A stretch of DNA of 64,000 bases from Ignavibacteriota bacterium. GTDB taxonomy: Bacteria; Bacteroidota; Ignavibacteria; UBA10030; UBA6906. Each line of letters begins with the position of its first letter. Position 1 is the stretch's first letter. Of this stretch, positions 8,878 to 19,143 are shown one piece after another. The stretch covers positions 2,208,001 through 2,272,000 of the forward strand of contig CAWDEM010000008.1 of NCBI GenBank assembly GCA_963801355.1. The letters run 5' to 3'. Made by a program: the position numbers and the translations under genes. The notes below the pieces were generated by a model that saw only the letters and a program-made list of their open reading frames with translations, was not told the DNA's origin and did no database searches.

Positions 8878-9911
8878 ACGGGTCCGTGAATCCGGGCTAT
8901 CCGGTCCTGAAAAGGAGGACGGAGCACACCCCTGTCCGTAACAATCGCGGTAATGAGTTCATGAGGCGTCACATCGAATGCCGGGGAGTACACCTGCACA
9001 CCCTGCGGCACCACCCTTATCCCTCCAAAGTGCGTCACCTCCGCCGGATCTCTTTCCTCGATGGGAATTTCCTTCCCCGTCGGCGTGCCCGGATCGAACG
9101 TGGAGATCGGTGCGGCGACATAGAACGGCACCTCGTGGCGCCGGGCCATGACGGCAAGCGGGTATGTTCCCACTTTGTTGGCCGTATCGCCATTTGCTGC
9201 AATACGGTCCGCTCCCACAATCACGGCCTGTACCCGCCCTTCCCGCAGGACGCTCGCTGCCGTACTATCGGTGATTACCACGACCTCAATGCCTGCCCGC
9301 AGTAATTCCCAACTCGTCAGGCGTGACCCCTGAAGCAGCGGGCGAGTTTCATCGGCGTACACCCGCCGGATCTTTCCCTGGCGATGAGCAGCGGTGACAA
9401 TACTGAGCGCTGTTCCTTCGCCCGCGGTTGCCAGGACACCGGCATTGCAGTGCGTGAGAACGGAGGTTCCCCTGTCGAGCAGCGCCGACCCGTATTCCCC
9501 GATGAGGCGGCAGGCTTCGATGTCTTCGGCCTGGATCATCCGCGCCTCACGCTCCATCCTCCCGGGCACATCGCGGTCGTCACCACCGGAAGCAGCCATC
9601 CACGTCGCCCGCATGCGGTTTAAGACATTGAACAGATTCACTGCGGTGGGACGCGTCGACGCCAGGAGGGTGACGGAACGGTCAAACCTGGATGCCAGGG
9701 AGGTCTCTCCTGGACGGGACGGCCCGCGGAGCCCGAGCACGATACCAAAGGCGGCGGCCACACCAATGGCGGGCGCCCCGCGGATGCGCAAAGCCCTGAT
9801 CGCCTCAGCGACGACCTGGATGTCGTCCGTCTCAGTATAGCGCTCTTCAAAGGGGAGCAGCGTCTGGTCGATAAACCGCACCTTCCCGTCGATCCAATCA
9901 ACCGCCTTCAT
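8874..9911 (-). CDS. mtnA: S-methyl-5-thioribose-1-phosphate isomerase
   Basis: IRGAPAIG, RPTAVNL, LTHCNAG, ETRPLLQG, GDTANKVGT, PAFDVTP. Confidence 0.93.
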   Translation of the reverse strand: MKAVDWIDGKVRFIDQTLLPFEERYTETDDIQVVAEAIRALRIRGAPAIGVAAAFGIVLGLRGPSRPGETSLASRFDRSVTLLASTRPTAVNLFNVLNRMRATWMAASGGDDRDVPGRMEREARMIQAEDIEACRLIGEYGSALLDRGTSVLTHCNAGVLATAGEGTALSIVTAAHRQGKIRRVYADETRPLLQGSRLTSWELLRAGIEVVVITDSTAASVLREGRVQAVIVGADRIAANGDTANKVGTYPLAVMARRHEVPFYVAAPISTFDPGTPTGKEIPIEERDPAEVTHFGGIRVVPQGVQVYSPAFDVTPHELITAIVTDRGVLRPPFQDRIARIHGPV

Positions 9912-9917
9912 GCCGCC

Positions 9918-10832
9918 TCAATCCTCTTCGAAACGGGAGAGTTCCCTGAATTCACGAAAACGGTCCTGGATGCTGAGGTAGGTAAGATCGGAAAGCCCCG
10001 CGACCCCGAACTTCTCCACGCAGAACGATGCAAGTGCGCTCCCGTAAATAACCGCGCGCTTCAGGTTTTCCTCTGACATGTCTTCGGTCCGGGCCAACCA
10101 CCCCACAAAGCCCCCTGCGAAAGAATCACCTGCTCCGGTGGGATCGAAGATATTCTCCATCGGATATGCAGGTGCGGAAAAGACCATCTGCTCTGTCAGC
10201 AACAGTGCGCCATGTTCCCCCTTCTTGATGATGACGACCGATGGTCCCATTCCCCGGATGACCTTCGCCGCTTTTATCAGATTGGGTTCTCCTGACAACA
10301 ACCGCGCTTCAGAATCGTTGAGGATCAATACGTTGATCATCGTCAACGTTTCCGTCAGCTCAGCACGCTTTCCGTTGATCCAGTAATTCATGGTGTCGCA
10401 GACGACCAGACGGGGATTCTCCATCTGGAGCAGCACTTTTCGCTGAAGGACCGGATCGATATTGCCGAGACATACGTTCCGCGTCTTCCGGAACTTCTCC
10501 GGAATCTTCGGATCGAATGTCTCGAAGACATTCAGGTTCGTGTACAACGTGTCGCGCTCGTTGAGGTCATAGTGATACCGGCCGGCCCAGCGAAACGTTT
10601 TACCCTCTTTGATGACCTCCAGCCCCTCGAGGTCGACCTTGCGCTCTTCCAGAAACGACAGTCCCTCACCGGGGAAATCGCCCCCGACAACACCGACGAG
10701 ACGGATCGGACTGACGAAATAGCTCGCTGCCGCTGAGATGTAGGTCGCGGAGCCGCCAACCGCATCCTTCACCGCGCCGAACGGCGTTTCGATCGAATCC
10801 AGGGCAAGTGAACCGACGACAAGAACGCTCAC
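9918..10832 (-). CDS. PfkB-family carbohydrate/nucleoside kinase
   Basis: GGSATY, KKGEHGA, DPTGAGDSFAGG. Confidence 0.9.
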   Translation of the reverse strand: MSVLVVGSLALDSIETPFGAVKDAVGGSATYISAAASYFVSPIRLVGVVGGDFPGEGLSFLEERKVDLEGLEVIKEGKTFRWAGRYHYDLNERDTLYTNLNVFETFDPKIPEKFRKTRNVCLGNIDPVLQRKVLLQMENPRLVVCDTMNYWINGKRAELTETLTMINVLILNDSEARLLSGEPNLIKAAKVIRGMGPSVVIIKKGEHGALLLTEQMVFSAPAYPMENIFDPTGAGDSFAGGFVGWLARTEDMSEENLKRAVIYGSALASFCVEKFGVAGLSDLTYLSIQDRFREFRELSRFEED

Positions 10833-10905
10833 GGAGGTCTCCTCAGATTAGGTGCGTACCGGACGCTCCCCGTCCATTCCGGGAGAACACCGGCAAAAGC
10901 AGATA

Positions 10906-10934
10906 AATATACGGAAACTCTGCGGCCATTTCAA
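10906..10934 (-). promoter_or_regulatory. Sigma70-type promoter for pfkB-mtnA-recO-degP
   Basis: TTGAAA-17 bp-TATATT. Confidence 0.65.
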
Positions 10935-11401
10935 GAAATCGGGATGTACAACCGGGCCGAAGCTTCTTCGCCGCGGACAATGACCGTGTCGACCATGTCC
11001 ACTACTGCGCGATGACTCGGCCACACGAGACGGCGCCTCGCCTGCGCGAGCGGAAGCCACGCGAAGTCGCAGTGTTCGTCAGATATCCTCACCTCAGCCG
11101 CGGCATCCGCCTGTGCGGCGAACACCGGACAGTGATGCAACGCTCCGCCGTTGCGGTCATAAAACGAGGTCAGCACCGGAACCGACCAGAAATGCAGCGG
11201 CACGAGACCTGTCTCCTCCTGCATCTCGCGAATGGCAGTCCGCACCCCCCTTTCCCCTTCTGTCACCGTTCCGGTAATGAGCTGCCACATCCCCGGGTGG
11301 ATCCGCTCATCAGGTGATCGCTTCAACACAAGGTACTCTATCGTGTCGTTGAGAAAACGGAACACACACACTTCCACGATGTTGCTGACGACGGGTATCA
11401 T
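10931..11401 (-). CDS. NUDIX hydrolase (NudB-like)
   Basis: WQLITG...GE....AIREMQEETGL Nudix box; ISDEH. Confidence 0.85.
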   Translation of the reverse strand: MIPVVSNIVEVCVFRFLNDTIEYLVLKRSPDERIHPGMWQLITGTVTEGERGVRTAIREMQEETGLVPLHFWSVPVLTSFYDRNGGALHHCPVFAAQADAAAEVRISDEHCDFAWLPLAQARRRLVWPSHRAVVDMVDTVIVRGEEASARLYIPIS

Positions 11402-11408
11402 ATGTCGC

Positions 11409-12197
11409 CTACCTGTTGTTCATGATGACCGCCAGCATAACCCCGCAGGCGACGCTGACGTTCAGTGATTCCGCGGCACCGTGGCGACGGATCGCCACAC
11501 GCACATCCGCCGTCTGCATGACCTCCGGAGTAACCCCCCATGCTTCATTACCGAGTATCAGGAATATCTTCTCCGCATACCGGACCTCATCGGTGTACGT
11601 GACACCGTCGGCGGACGTCGCGTACACCGTGTACCCGGATTCCTTGACCTGCGTCACCACACGGGGGAGCTCATGATCCGTGAGAATGGGAAGATGGAAA
11701 ACGCTGCCGACGGTGCTTCTCACGACCTTGGGGTTGTACAGCTCGACACAGTCACGGCCAAGAATCAGCGCATCGACGCCGAACCAGTCGCATGTGCGGA
11801 TGATTGCACCCAGATTACCAGGATCCGCCACCCGGTCGAGCGCGACGATCACCGACGTGCTGTTCCCCTTCCGCAGCACCTCCGCTAGCGTCCACTGCGT
11901 CTGCTGCATCACCGCAACGACTCCCTGCGCGGTGACGGTTTCGGATATCTGCTCCATCTCGCGCGGGGTGATCAGATGGACCGTCCGTGCCCGCTTTCTG
12001 GCTTCGGCAACAAGAGCATTTCCCGTGGCATCCGCCAGCAATGCCCCGGTATGAAAGAGTTCCAGCATTGGAAACCGGGACCGTAACGCCTCGCGGACGC
12101 CGCGGACACCATCCACCATAAATCGCCGCGTGGCATCCCGGTCTTTCTTCCGGCCCAGGTTCTGCAATTCTCGAATTTTCGCTTTTGTGAGTGGCAC
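11409..12197 (-). CDS. TrmH/SpoU-family RNA methyltransferase
   Basis: DPGNLGAIIRT, GNEAWG, ESLNVSVA; start moved to GTG 12197, downstream of a TTGCTT-17-TATCAT promoter (12227-12255). Confidence 0.9.
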   Translation of the reverse strand: MPLTKAKIRELQNLGRKKDRDATRRFMVDGVRGVREALRSRFPMLELFHTGALLADATGNALVAEARKRARTVHLITPREMEQISETVTAQGVVAVMQQTQWTLAEVLRKGNSTSVIVALDRVADPGNLGAIIRTCDWFGVDALILGRDCVELYNPKVVRSTVGSVFHLPILTDHELPRVVTQVKESGYTVYATSADGVTYTDEVRYAEKIFLILGNEAWGVTPEVMQTADVRVAIRRHGAAESLNVSVACGVMLAVIMNNR

Positions 12198-12262
12198 GTG
12201 GACGCGTCCCCGGCTGTTCCGGAGAAATGATAACCAACAGGTGGGCGAGAAGCAAGGCAACA

Positions 12263-14674
12263 TCACCTCCAGTGCATCGGGCGTATCACGCTCCCGTCCG
12301 TCGCCAGAAATACCGCCCCCATCTCATCAGTACGGAACACCTCGACCCCCGCCCCCTCCAGACGCTGCAGAGTAAACCCGGCGGGATGGCCGAAGCGGTT
12401 TGCCCTCCCCACCGATATGAGCGCGACATCGGGACGGACCGCCGCAAGGAATTCTTCGCCTGTCCCGGCTTTGCTGCCGTGATGCCCGATCTTCAATATG
12501 TCGGATGCAAGAAATGCACCGTACCACGCCACAAGGCGCTCTTCTTCATCCCGTTCCGCATCACCCATCAGAAGCATGGACACGCTCCCGAACTGCATCT
12601 TCACCACAAGTGATTGCTTGTTCGGATCGCCGGGTGCGCTGGATTCCCTTCTTTCCGGTGCGAGCACGTAGTACCTGCTGAGCGCATCCCCGAGGATTTC
12701 GCCGCGAGAGGCAACAGAGACCTGTACCCCCAGGCGGGCACACAGGGCGCCGGCAGGGCGCCCGATATCAAGAGGAACGACCAATCGCCGGACATTGAAC
12801 GATCGGAGCACCTGCACAAGGCCGCCGGCATGATCGTCATGGAAGTGTGTGATGATGACCTCGTCCAGGTTCTGCACGTCGAGCCGCTTGAGAAGCGGTA
12901 CGACGGATGTGCCCCAGGGGCTTCCGTCGCGCGAAGGGGGACCGGTGTCGACCAGCACGTTCTGCCCCCCCGGCGATTGAAGGAGTATCGCATCGCCCTG
13001 ACCCACATCGATCATGACGATCCGGCATTCCCCGGACATGAATTCCGCGATCTCCGCGGAGGGCCAGAAAAAACTCGCGTTCATTGCTGCAAGAAACGCA
13101 ATGAGCATCCACCGGACGGCGGGAGGGTTTCCCAGAACGACGAAACAGGCCAGCGCTGTGTAGTATGGGAGCGCGTCAATCGGCCGGAACCAGATCGTCT
13201 CCACGGTTGCCCAGGGGAGCGACGCTGCGCGTTCAGCCCCTTCGATGGTGAACATCAACACCATCCGGTTCAGCGCCGCATACGACGCCGCAACCCACGC
13301 TTGTACCGGAGCCACCGCCGCCGATACGATACCAAGAACCACCGACAGGCCGGTCGCCGGCACTATGACCAGGTTCGCGATGAATCCGATGATGGAAAGG
13401 CGCCCGAACGCCATCGCCGTCAGGGGCAGTGTCCCGACCGATGCCGCTATGGAGACGGCAAACAGACTGTACACAGTTCGCACGAGCCGCCACATCATCG
13501 TCCGGTGCTCACGGTGAATGACGATCTGCAGCAACCGGGGCGTCAGCAGCAATATTGCGATCACCGCGCCGAACGAAAGCTGGAAACCAACATCGAACAG
13601 CTGCCGGGCATCCGCCGTGAACATGATCATGGCGGCAAGACCAACACTCTGCAATGGATGGACACGGCGGCCCAGGGAACTGCCGAGGAACAAGGAGAGC
13701 GCCATGATCGTGGCACGCACGACAGGCGGCTGCGAGCCCGTGATGAGCATGTACACAACGAGCGCGCATGCCGTGAGCATGCGGCTGACAACTTTCGAGA
13801 CCCGGAAGAATGAAATGACCGCCAGTACCGCTCCGGCCATCACAGCGACATTCGAACCCGATACTGCCAGAATGTGTGCCACTCCCGAATCCAGGAACGC
13901 CCGCCGGACTCCCGGTGACAGACCTGATCGTTCACCAATCATCAATCCTTTCAGAAACTCCCCTTCCTCTCCGCCGATATCCCGGTCGATCTCCGAGAGG
14001 ATATGTGCCCGCAGCGGGAGCACCACATCGCGCATAAACGTCCCGCCGCTGCAGGTATCCAGGACGCGCACGCATTGGCGACCCCGCACTCGCATCACGA
14101 AGGAAATGCCATTGGCGTTGTAGTACTGGCGGGGACTGAACTCTCCGGGATTACCCGATTCCGGCGGACTCTCGATCGCACCCCACAAACCCAGTATCCA
14201 TCCATACCGGATGCTCGAGAGGTCCGGGCCGCTGCCGGATGCGCTACATGTCACGATGCCTCTCTCTTCGCAGGGGTATTCCAGAGGCCCATTGATGACA
14301 GAGCGCACCCGGACCTGTAACCGGACACGATTCCCCATAACTTGCGGAGCGTCGATGACCTGCACGACGATCGCCGCGGTGCGCCGCTGACTCGGACCGG
14401 ATGTGAGAATGCTCCCGGCGTCGTCACTTCGATACTTCAACGCACCGATACTGAAACACAGCACGACACAACAGAAGGATCGAGCCGGCGCGGCCGTGCG
14501 TCCTTGACCGAGCAGGAGGACTGCTGCCGACAGTACCAGAGATGCCGCCGCAAGAGCAAAGAGGGGTGTAACAGAGGAGGCGGGCAATTGCCTGCCGGCC
14601 CAGATGCCGGCAGCAATCAGGGTGGACAGAATCAGCGCAGGGTACTTATGAAAGCCCCCCCATCCCGGCGTCAT
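12263..14674 (-). CDS. comEC: DNA uptake channel ComEC/Rec2
   Basis: Competence domain (HILAVSGSN, GFQLSF) plus metallo-beta-lactamase domain (DVGQGD, THFHDDHAGG, HHGS). Confidence 0.93.
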   Translation of the reverse strand: MTPGWGGFHKYPALILSTLIAAGIWAGRQLPASSVTPLFALAAASLVLSAAVLLLGQGRTAAPARSFCCVVLCFSIGALKYRSDDAGSILTSGPSQRRTAAIVVQVIDAPQVMGNRVRLQVRVRSVINGPLEYPCEERGIVTCSASGSGPDLSSIRYGWILGLWGAIESPPESGNPGEFSPRQYYNANGISFVMRVRGRQCVRVLDTCSGGTFMRDVVLPLRAHILSEIDRDIGGEEGEFLKGLMIGERSGLSPGVRRAFLDSGVAHILAVSGSNVAVMAGAVLAVISFFRVSKVVSRMLTACALVVYMLITGSQPPVVRATIMALSLFLGSSLGRRVHPLQSVGLAAMIMFTADARQLFDVGFQLSFGAVIAILLLTPRLLQIVIHREHRTMMWRLVRTVYSLFAVSIAASVGTLPLTAMAFGRLSIIGFIANLVIVPATGLSVVLGIVSAAVAPVQAWVAASYAALNRMVLMFTIEGAERAASLPWATVETIWFRPIDALPYYTALACFVVLGNPPAVRWMLIAFLAAMNASFFWPSAEIAEFMSGECRIVMIDVGQGDAILLQSPGGQNVLVDTGPPSRDGSPWGTSVVPLLKRLDVQNLDEVIITHFHDDHAGGLVQVLRSFNVRRLVVPLDIGRPAGALCARLGVQVSVASRGEILGDALSRYYVLAPERRESSAPGDPNKQSLVVKMQFGSVSMLLMGDAERDEEERLVAWYGAFLASDILKIGHHGSKAGTGEEFLAAVRPDVALISVGRANRFGHPAGFTLQRLEGAGVEVFRTDEMGAVFLATDGSVIRPMHWR

Positions 14675-15599
14675 GCTTGAACATCTCCATGAGCGCGGGC
14701 AGTACGTGAGTCAGATCGGGCGCACGTCCCCCGTAGTGGCCCACACGAGCGGCAAACGCACGGTGGTTTCTGCCTGTAAGCATGAGGGGAACAGGATTGC
14801 GGGTGTGGGTCTTCACACTCAGATCTTCAAGATTGCCGTGGTCACTCGTCACGATGATGAGCGTTCGTGATCGATCGATTGTCGCCAGGAGACCTTCCAG
14901 CAGGCCGTCAAATCGCTCCAGAACCCCAACCGCGTCCGCCATCTTCTGCTCATGGCCGGCATGATCGGTTTTCCAGTACTCAAAGAGCACGAACTCATGT
15001 GCCGTCACCATCCCGGCAAGGTGCCGGCCCGCTTCGGATGACTCAATCACCTGAACCGATGTATGCCCGAGCCTGGACCACCCTTCGCGGGTGATATCGG
15101 CGGAGACGCCGCGTCCGTCCAGGAGCTCCTTTTCGCGGCGCAGCGGGATGCCGGCATACCTGCACGAAAGCGTCGTCACGGTCAGCCGCGAAAGGTGGGT
15201 TTCAAAGTAATCGAAGAACTTTTGCGGGTAGGCGTTCGCAAAGCAGGGACGCAGGCCGGCCTGCTGAACCCTGCGAAAGATGTTGTGGGCCTCAATAAGC
15301 GGTCTGAGAGTCGAATAGGGATAGGGTCCGAAGTGCTTGCCGACAAGAAGTGGAGCATTGACGCCGGTGAACAATGCCGTCTGTCCCGTACCGCTCTGGG
15401 GCAATCCTCCAACGTGCAGCGTTGCATCCAGTGGGAGTACCGTTGCCTCTGCGGACTCTACCGACCGATGGTGCAGTGACGGAAGCGTTCCACCCAGGAG
15501 TGCAGTGAGGGCAGGAAGACGGGCCGCAAAGAACGGGTTCACCGCGGCATCTTTCCTGCCGATCCCCACACCGTCAAGAAACAAGAAAAGAATGTGCAT
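14646..15599 (-). CDS. Alkaline phosphatase-superfamily metalloenzyme (phosphoglycerate mutase/phosphopentomutase-like)
   Basis: FLDGVG, DHAGH, TSDHGN, HTRNPVP metal-binding motifs. Confidence 0.75.
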   Translation of the reverse strand: MHILFLFLDGVGIGRKDAAVNPFFAARLPALTALLGGTLPSLHHRSVESAEATVLPLDATLHVGGLPQSGTGQTALFTGVNAPLLVGKHFGPYPYSTLRPLIEAHNIFRRVQQAGLRPCFANAYPQKFFDYFETHLSRLTVTTLSCRYAGIPLRREKELLDGRGVSADITREGWSRLGHTSVQVIESSEAGRHLAGMVTAHEFVLFEYWKTDHAGHEQKMADAVGVLERFDGLLEGLLATIDRSRTLIIVTSDHGNLEDLSVKTHTRNPVPLMLTGRNHRAFAARVGHYGGRAPDLTHVLPALMEMFKHDAGMGGLS

Positions 15600-15612
15600 G
15601 GGGTCTTTCACC

Positions 15613-16077
15613 TCATTGACCCTTCGGAACCTCCGGACTCTCTATTACTATCGTGACGGGGCCATCATTTACGATGGTGACCTCCATCATGGCGCCGAAA
15701 ATTCCGGTGCGGACCTTGTCCGGACCCAGGCGCTCGCGCAGCCGCCGTACGAAGTGGTCGTACAACGGCTCCGCATCCTCAGGGCGTGCCGCCAGGACAA
15801 AACTCGGACGGTTTCCCTTCCGCGCATCGGCGTAGAGCGTGAATTGGGAGACAGCAAGGACACTGCCGCCCGCATCCTGAAGCCCGATATTCATCTTCCC
15901 CTGATCATCCTCAAATATCCGCAGGCCCGCGCATTTGTCAGCGAGGAATTCCGCATCTTTCATCGTGTCCCCCTGCCGGATCCCCAGGAGCACGACCAGG
16001 CCTTTGTCGATACTTGCATGCCCGGCCCCGTGAACGGCAATGGATCCCCTGGATACCCGCTGTACGACGACTCGCAT
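15613..16077 (-). CDS. dtd: D-aminoacyl-tRNA deacylase
   Basis: [19 protein letters not shown]. Confidence 0.97.
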   Translation of the reverse strand: MRVVVQRVSRGSIAVHGAGHASIDKGLVVLLGIRQGDTMKDAEFLADKCAGLRIFEDDQGKMNIGLQDAGGSVLAVSQFTLYADARKGNRPSFVLAARPEDAEPLYDHFVRRLRERLGPDKVRTGIFGAMMEVTIVNDGPVTIVIESPEVPKGQ

Positions 16078-16093
16078 ACTCGCCGGATCTTTC

Positions 16094-16990
16094 CTATAAT
16101 GGCAGATTTGCTTCTACGACGCGGGGAATGCCCGCATAATCAGCGTGGACGGTGACAACAGAAAACCCCGCGCGTGCAACAACCTCCCGCGCAACCTGTT
16201 CCTGCCCATGGCCGATTTCGCACAGGAATATGCCTGCCGGCTGCAGCAACTCCTTCACCCGGGGGGCGAGTTTGCGGAGAAATCCGGAGCCGTTATGTTC
16301 ATCAATCAGCGCCTCCCGCGGTTCAAACAGGCGCACTTCCGGCATTAAGGTTTCAAACTCGTCCCTCGCGACATAGGGAGGGTTTGCCACCACCATGGTG
16401 AATCGTTCACGCACGGAGGCCGGATCAAACACATCGGCGCGGATGAAATCGACACGGTCCATCTTGAGACGGGCTGCGTTACTCCTGCTCCGCTCCACGG
16501 CCGCCTCGCTCACGTCCAGACCGGTGACACGGACATTGGCAGCATGGTGCACCAGAGCGAGGGCGATGTTGCCGGACCCCGTCCCGACATCCAGCACGCG
16601 CACTCCGGGTTCCGGGATTCCGCGAATTCTGGCCAGCGCACATTCAACCAGCAGTTCTGTCTCCGGACGCGGGATGAGCACTCCGGGTCCGACGCCGAGG
16701 GTAATGCCCATGAACGCGGTTTCGCCCAGAATGTACTGCAGCGGCTCATGGGCCAGACGCCGTTGGAACAATCCGCGGTACGCGGCCAGTTCTTCGGAGA
16801 CAAGCGGTCGGTCGAACTGGAGGTAGAGTTGCAGTCTGGTGACGTGCAACACGTGCGCCAGCATCAGTTCCACATGCAACCGGGCCTCATCGAAGCCATG
16901 GTCTGCGAGGTAGTCACGTGACCACTCGATCAGCGAGAGCACCGTCCATGTGCGCGGCGGCGAAGGCGGGCGCTGTTGGCCCCCCGTCAT
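16094..16990 (-). CDS. prmC: Release factor glutamine methyltransferase
   Basis: [28 protein letters not shown]. Confidence 0.95.
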   Translation of the reverse strand: MTGGQQRPPSPPRTWTVLSLIEWSRDYLADHGFDEARLHVELMLAHVLHVTRLQLYLQFDRPLVSEELAAYRGLFQRRLAHEPLQYILGETAFMGITLGVGPGVLIPRPETELLVECALARIRGIPEPGVRVLDVGTGSGNIALALVHHAANVRVTGLDVSEAAVERSRSNAARLKMDRVDFIRADVFDPASVRERFTMVVANPPYVARDEFETLMPEVRLFEPREALIDEHNGSGFLRKLAPRVKELLQPAGIFLCEIGHGQEQVAREVVARAGFSVVTVHADYAGIPRVVEANLPL

Positions 16991-18246
16991 GATGCGCCCC
17001 TATGAACGACAAGCGGATCGCGGACACGTGTGATGAGAAGATAGATGCCGATCACGGAGAACAGAGCGCCAACGATGAACATACCGCGGTAGCCGATCAG
17101 GTCGGCAATAAATCCCCCCGCCAGCCCCGCAAAGTAGCACGGCGCCAGCACAGTGTTCATGAGCCCGATATACGAAGCTCGCTGTGCCGGCGGGCTGTAC
17201 TCGATTGCCATATTGGATCGGACCATGCCTTCGGCAGCGAAATTCACGCCGAGAAAGGCGAACACGACGACGAACCATCCCGGGGCCGGGGCGACAACCG
17301 CCGCGAGTGAAGCAACAAGCATTGACGCCGCGGCGCACAGCAAGCCGGTCTTGTTGCCATAGTGATCAATCACAAAGCCGATCACGAGTGCACTGACCAC
17401 CTGTACGCAGACCATCGCAAGCGTGAACAACCCGACAACCGACTCATCGGCGGCAAAGTCCTTGAGCACATAGACAATAAAGAACCCCTGCGGCATCATC
17501 GCCATGATCAGGAAGCCGGACGCCACAAGAAACCGGCTGAAGTCACGGTCGGCATTCAGGACTGCGCGAAGATCCTTGAGGAACGGGAAGAATGGCCGGC
17601 GTGGAACGACAGGACTCGGTTCGCTCTCGATCATGTAGTGTTGGACTACCACAGAGCCGATCTGCAGCACGAACGCAAAGACAAACGCAAGCGCATAGCC
17701 GATGGGAAATGCAAACGTCGCAAGAAGCCATGTCAGGACGAATCCGCAGATGAATGCGCCCAAGCCGCCGAGTGAATTCCTGTATCCTATCAGGCGCCCG
17801 CGCCTCTTCCGGGACGTCAGCTTCACAAAGAATTCAAACCAACCGACCGACGTGATGCCGCCGATCATCTGATTGACAAGGTACAGAAGGAGAAATACCC
17901 ACAGGACGAGAGGAGAATTCACCGAACCGAAAAGGAGTATGAACAGGCCCATGACCAGCACGACGAACCTCTGGGCCGAACCGAACCTCACCGCCCAGGG
18001 TTTCTTCCAGGGCTGGGTCTCAACGATGCGCGCGGCAAACAACTGAGGAAGCACTACGCCGATATATGCAATCGCCGCAACGAGCCCTACCTCGGCATTC
18101 GAGCCCCCGAGCCGCGTGACAAGGGCGGGGAGGACGGTTTGAAACGAAAGGAACGCTCCGGTGGAGATATAGAACCCTCCCTCTACGACGTTGAGGGTCA
18201 GGTTTCTCTGTTCAATCGCGGTACTGGATGTCACGGGAGCGGTCAT
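16987..18246 (-). CDS. MFS transporter
   Basis: About 12 hydrophobic segments over 419 aa; G..IDHYG and G..ADLIG loop motifs. Confidence 0.8.
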   Translation of the reverse strand: MTAPVTSSTAIEQRNLTLNVVEGGFYISTGAFLSFQTVLPALVTRLGGSNAEVGLVAAIAYIGVVLPQLFAARIVETQPWKKPWAVRFGSAQRFVVLVMGLFILLFGSVNSPLVLWVFLLLYLVNQMIGGITSVGWFEFFVKLTSRKRRGRLIGYRNSLGGLGAFICGFVLTWLLATFAFPIGYALAFVFAFVLQIGSVVVQHYMIESEPSPVVPRRPFFPFLKDLRAVLNADRDFSRFLVASGFLIMAMMPQGFFIVYVLKDFAADESVVGLFTLAMVCVQVVSALVIGFVIDHYGNKTGLLCAAASMLVASLAAVVAPAPGWFVVVFAFLGVNFAAEGMVRSNMAIEYSPPAQRASYIGLMNTVLAPCYFAGLAGGFIADLIGYRGMFIVGALFSVIGIYLLITRVRDPLVVHRGAS

Positions 18247-18258
18247 GTGAATCGGAAC

Positions 18259-18310
18259 ACAATAGCGAGATTCTGATACGATTGCAAGTCAGCAATGAAA
18301 TGGGTAGTTT
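18259..18310. promoter_or_regulatory. Divergent promoters sharing one palindromic -35 (TTGCAA, 18282-18287)
   Basis: Plus strand TTGCAA-17-TAGTTT towards mazG; minus strand TTGCAA-17-TATTGT towards the MFS gene. Confidence 0.55.
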
Positions 18311-18318
18311 CAGTCATT

Positions 18319-19125
18319 ATGGCTAAAAAATACCCTCCTATACCTTCCGGGGACTTCGCAAAGTTCATCCACGTCATCCGACGCCTTCGCCGGGATTGCC
18401 CGTGGGACCGCAAGCAGACACACCGGTCGTTGCGACACAGTTTGATTGAGGAAACGTATGAAGTGGTGGAAGCCCTCGACCGGGGGGATGTGCAGCACCT
18501 TCGCGACGAACTGGGAGACCTTCTTCTGCACGCAATCCTGCAGACGACGATCGCCGAGCAGTCAGGGGAATTCACGCTGCGCGACGTTTTCCGCCGCGAA
18601 TCCGCCAAATTGATACGGCGGCACCCGCACGTCTTCGGCACGACAACGGTGCGCGATGAAGAGGAAGTGCGGCGCAACTGGGAGCGCATCAAGCTTGCGG
18701 AGGGACGAACATCTCTGCTCGAGGGCGTGCCCCGGAGCATGCCGGGACTGCAGCGGGCATTGCGCGTCCAGCAGCGCGCTGCAAAAGTCGGTTTCGATTG
18801 GGAGAACGAGGACCAGGTCTGGACGAAGGTCCGGGAGGAATTGGAGGAAGTGCGCCATGCGCTCCGGTCACGCAAGCAGGCGGAGAAAGAGGAAGAATTC
18901 GGGGATCTTCTGTTCGCGCTGGTGAACTATGCGCGATTCTTCAAGATCAATCCGGAGAACGCACTCCGGCACACGATTGACAAGTTCATACGCCGCTTCC
19001 AGTACATCGAACGGGCGCTGGCGAAGCAGGGCACCACCGTCCACGACAGCTCTCTGAAAGAGATGGATTACTACTGGGAGAAAGCGAAGCGAAAGAGGAA
19101 GAAAAGAGGAACGGCGGTGCGTTGA
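18319..19125 (+). CDS. mazG: Nucleoside triphosphate pyrophosphohydrolase MazG
   Basis: CPWDRKQTH, EETYE, ELGDLL, KLIRRHPHVF, EFGDLLF; tandem MazG domains. Confidence 0.95.
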   Translation: MAKKYPPIPSGDFAKFIHVIRRLRRDCPWDRKQTHRSLRHSLIEETYEVVEALDRGDVQHLRDELGDLLLHAILQTTIAEQSGEFTLRDVFRRESAKLIRRHPHVFGTTTVRDEEEVRRNWERIKLAEGRTSLLEGVPRSMPGLQRALRVQQRAAKVGFDWENEDQVWTKVREELEEVRHALRSRKQAEKEEEFGDLLFALVNYARFFKINPENALRHTIDKFIRRFQYIERALAKQGTTVHDSSLKEMDYYWEKAKRKRKKRGTAVR

Positions 19126-19143
19126 ATCCCTGTTCGGGACATG

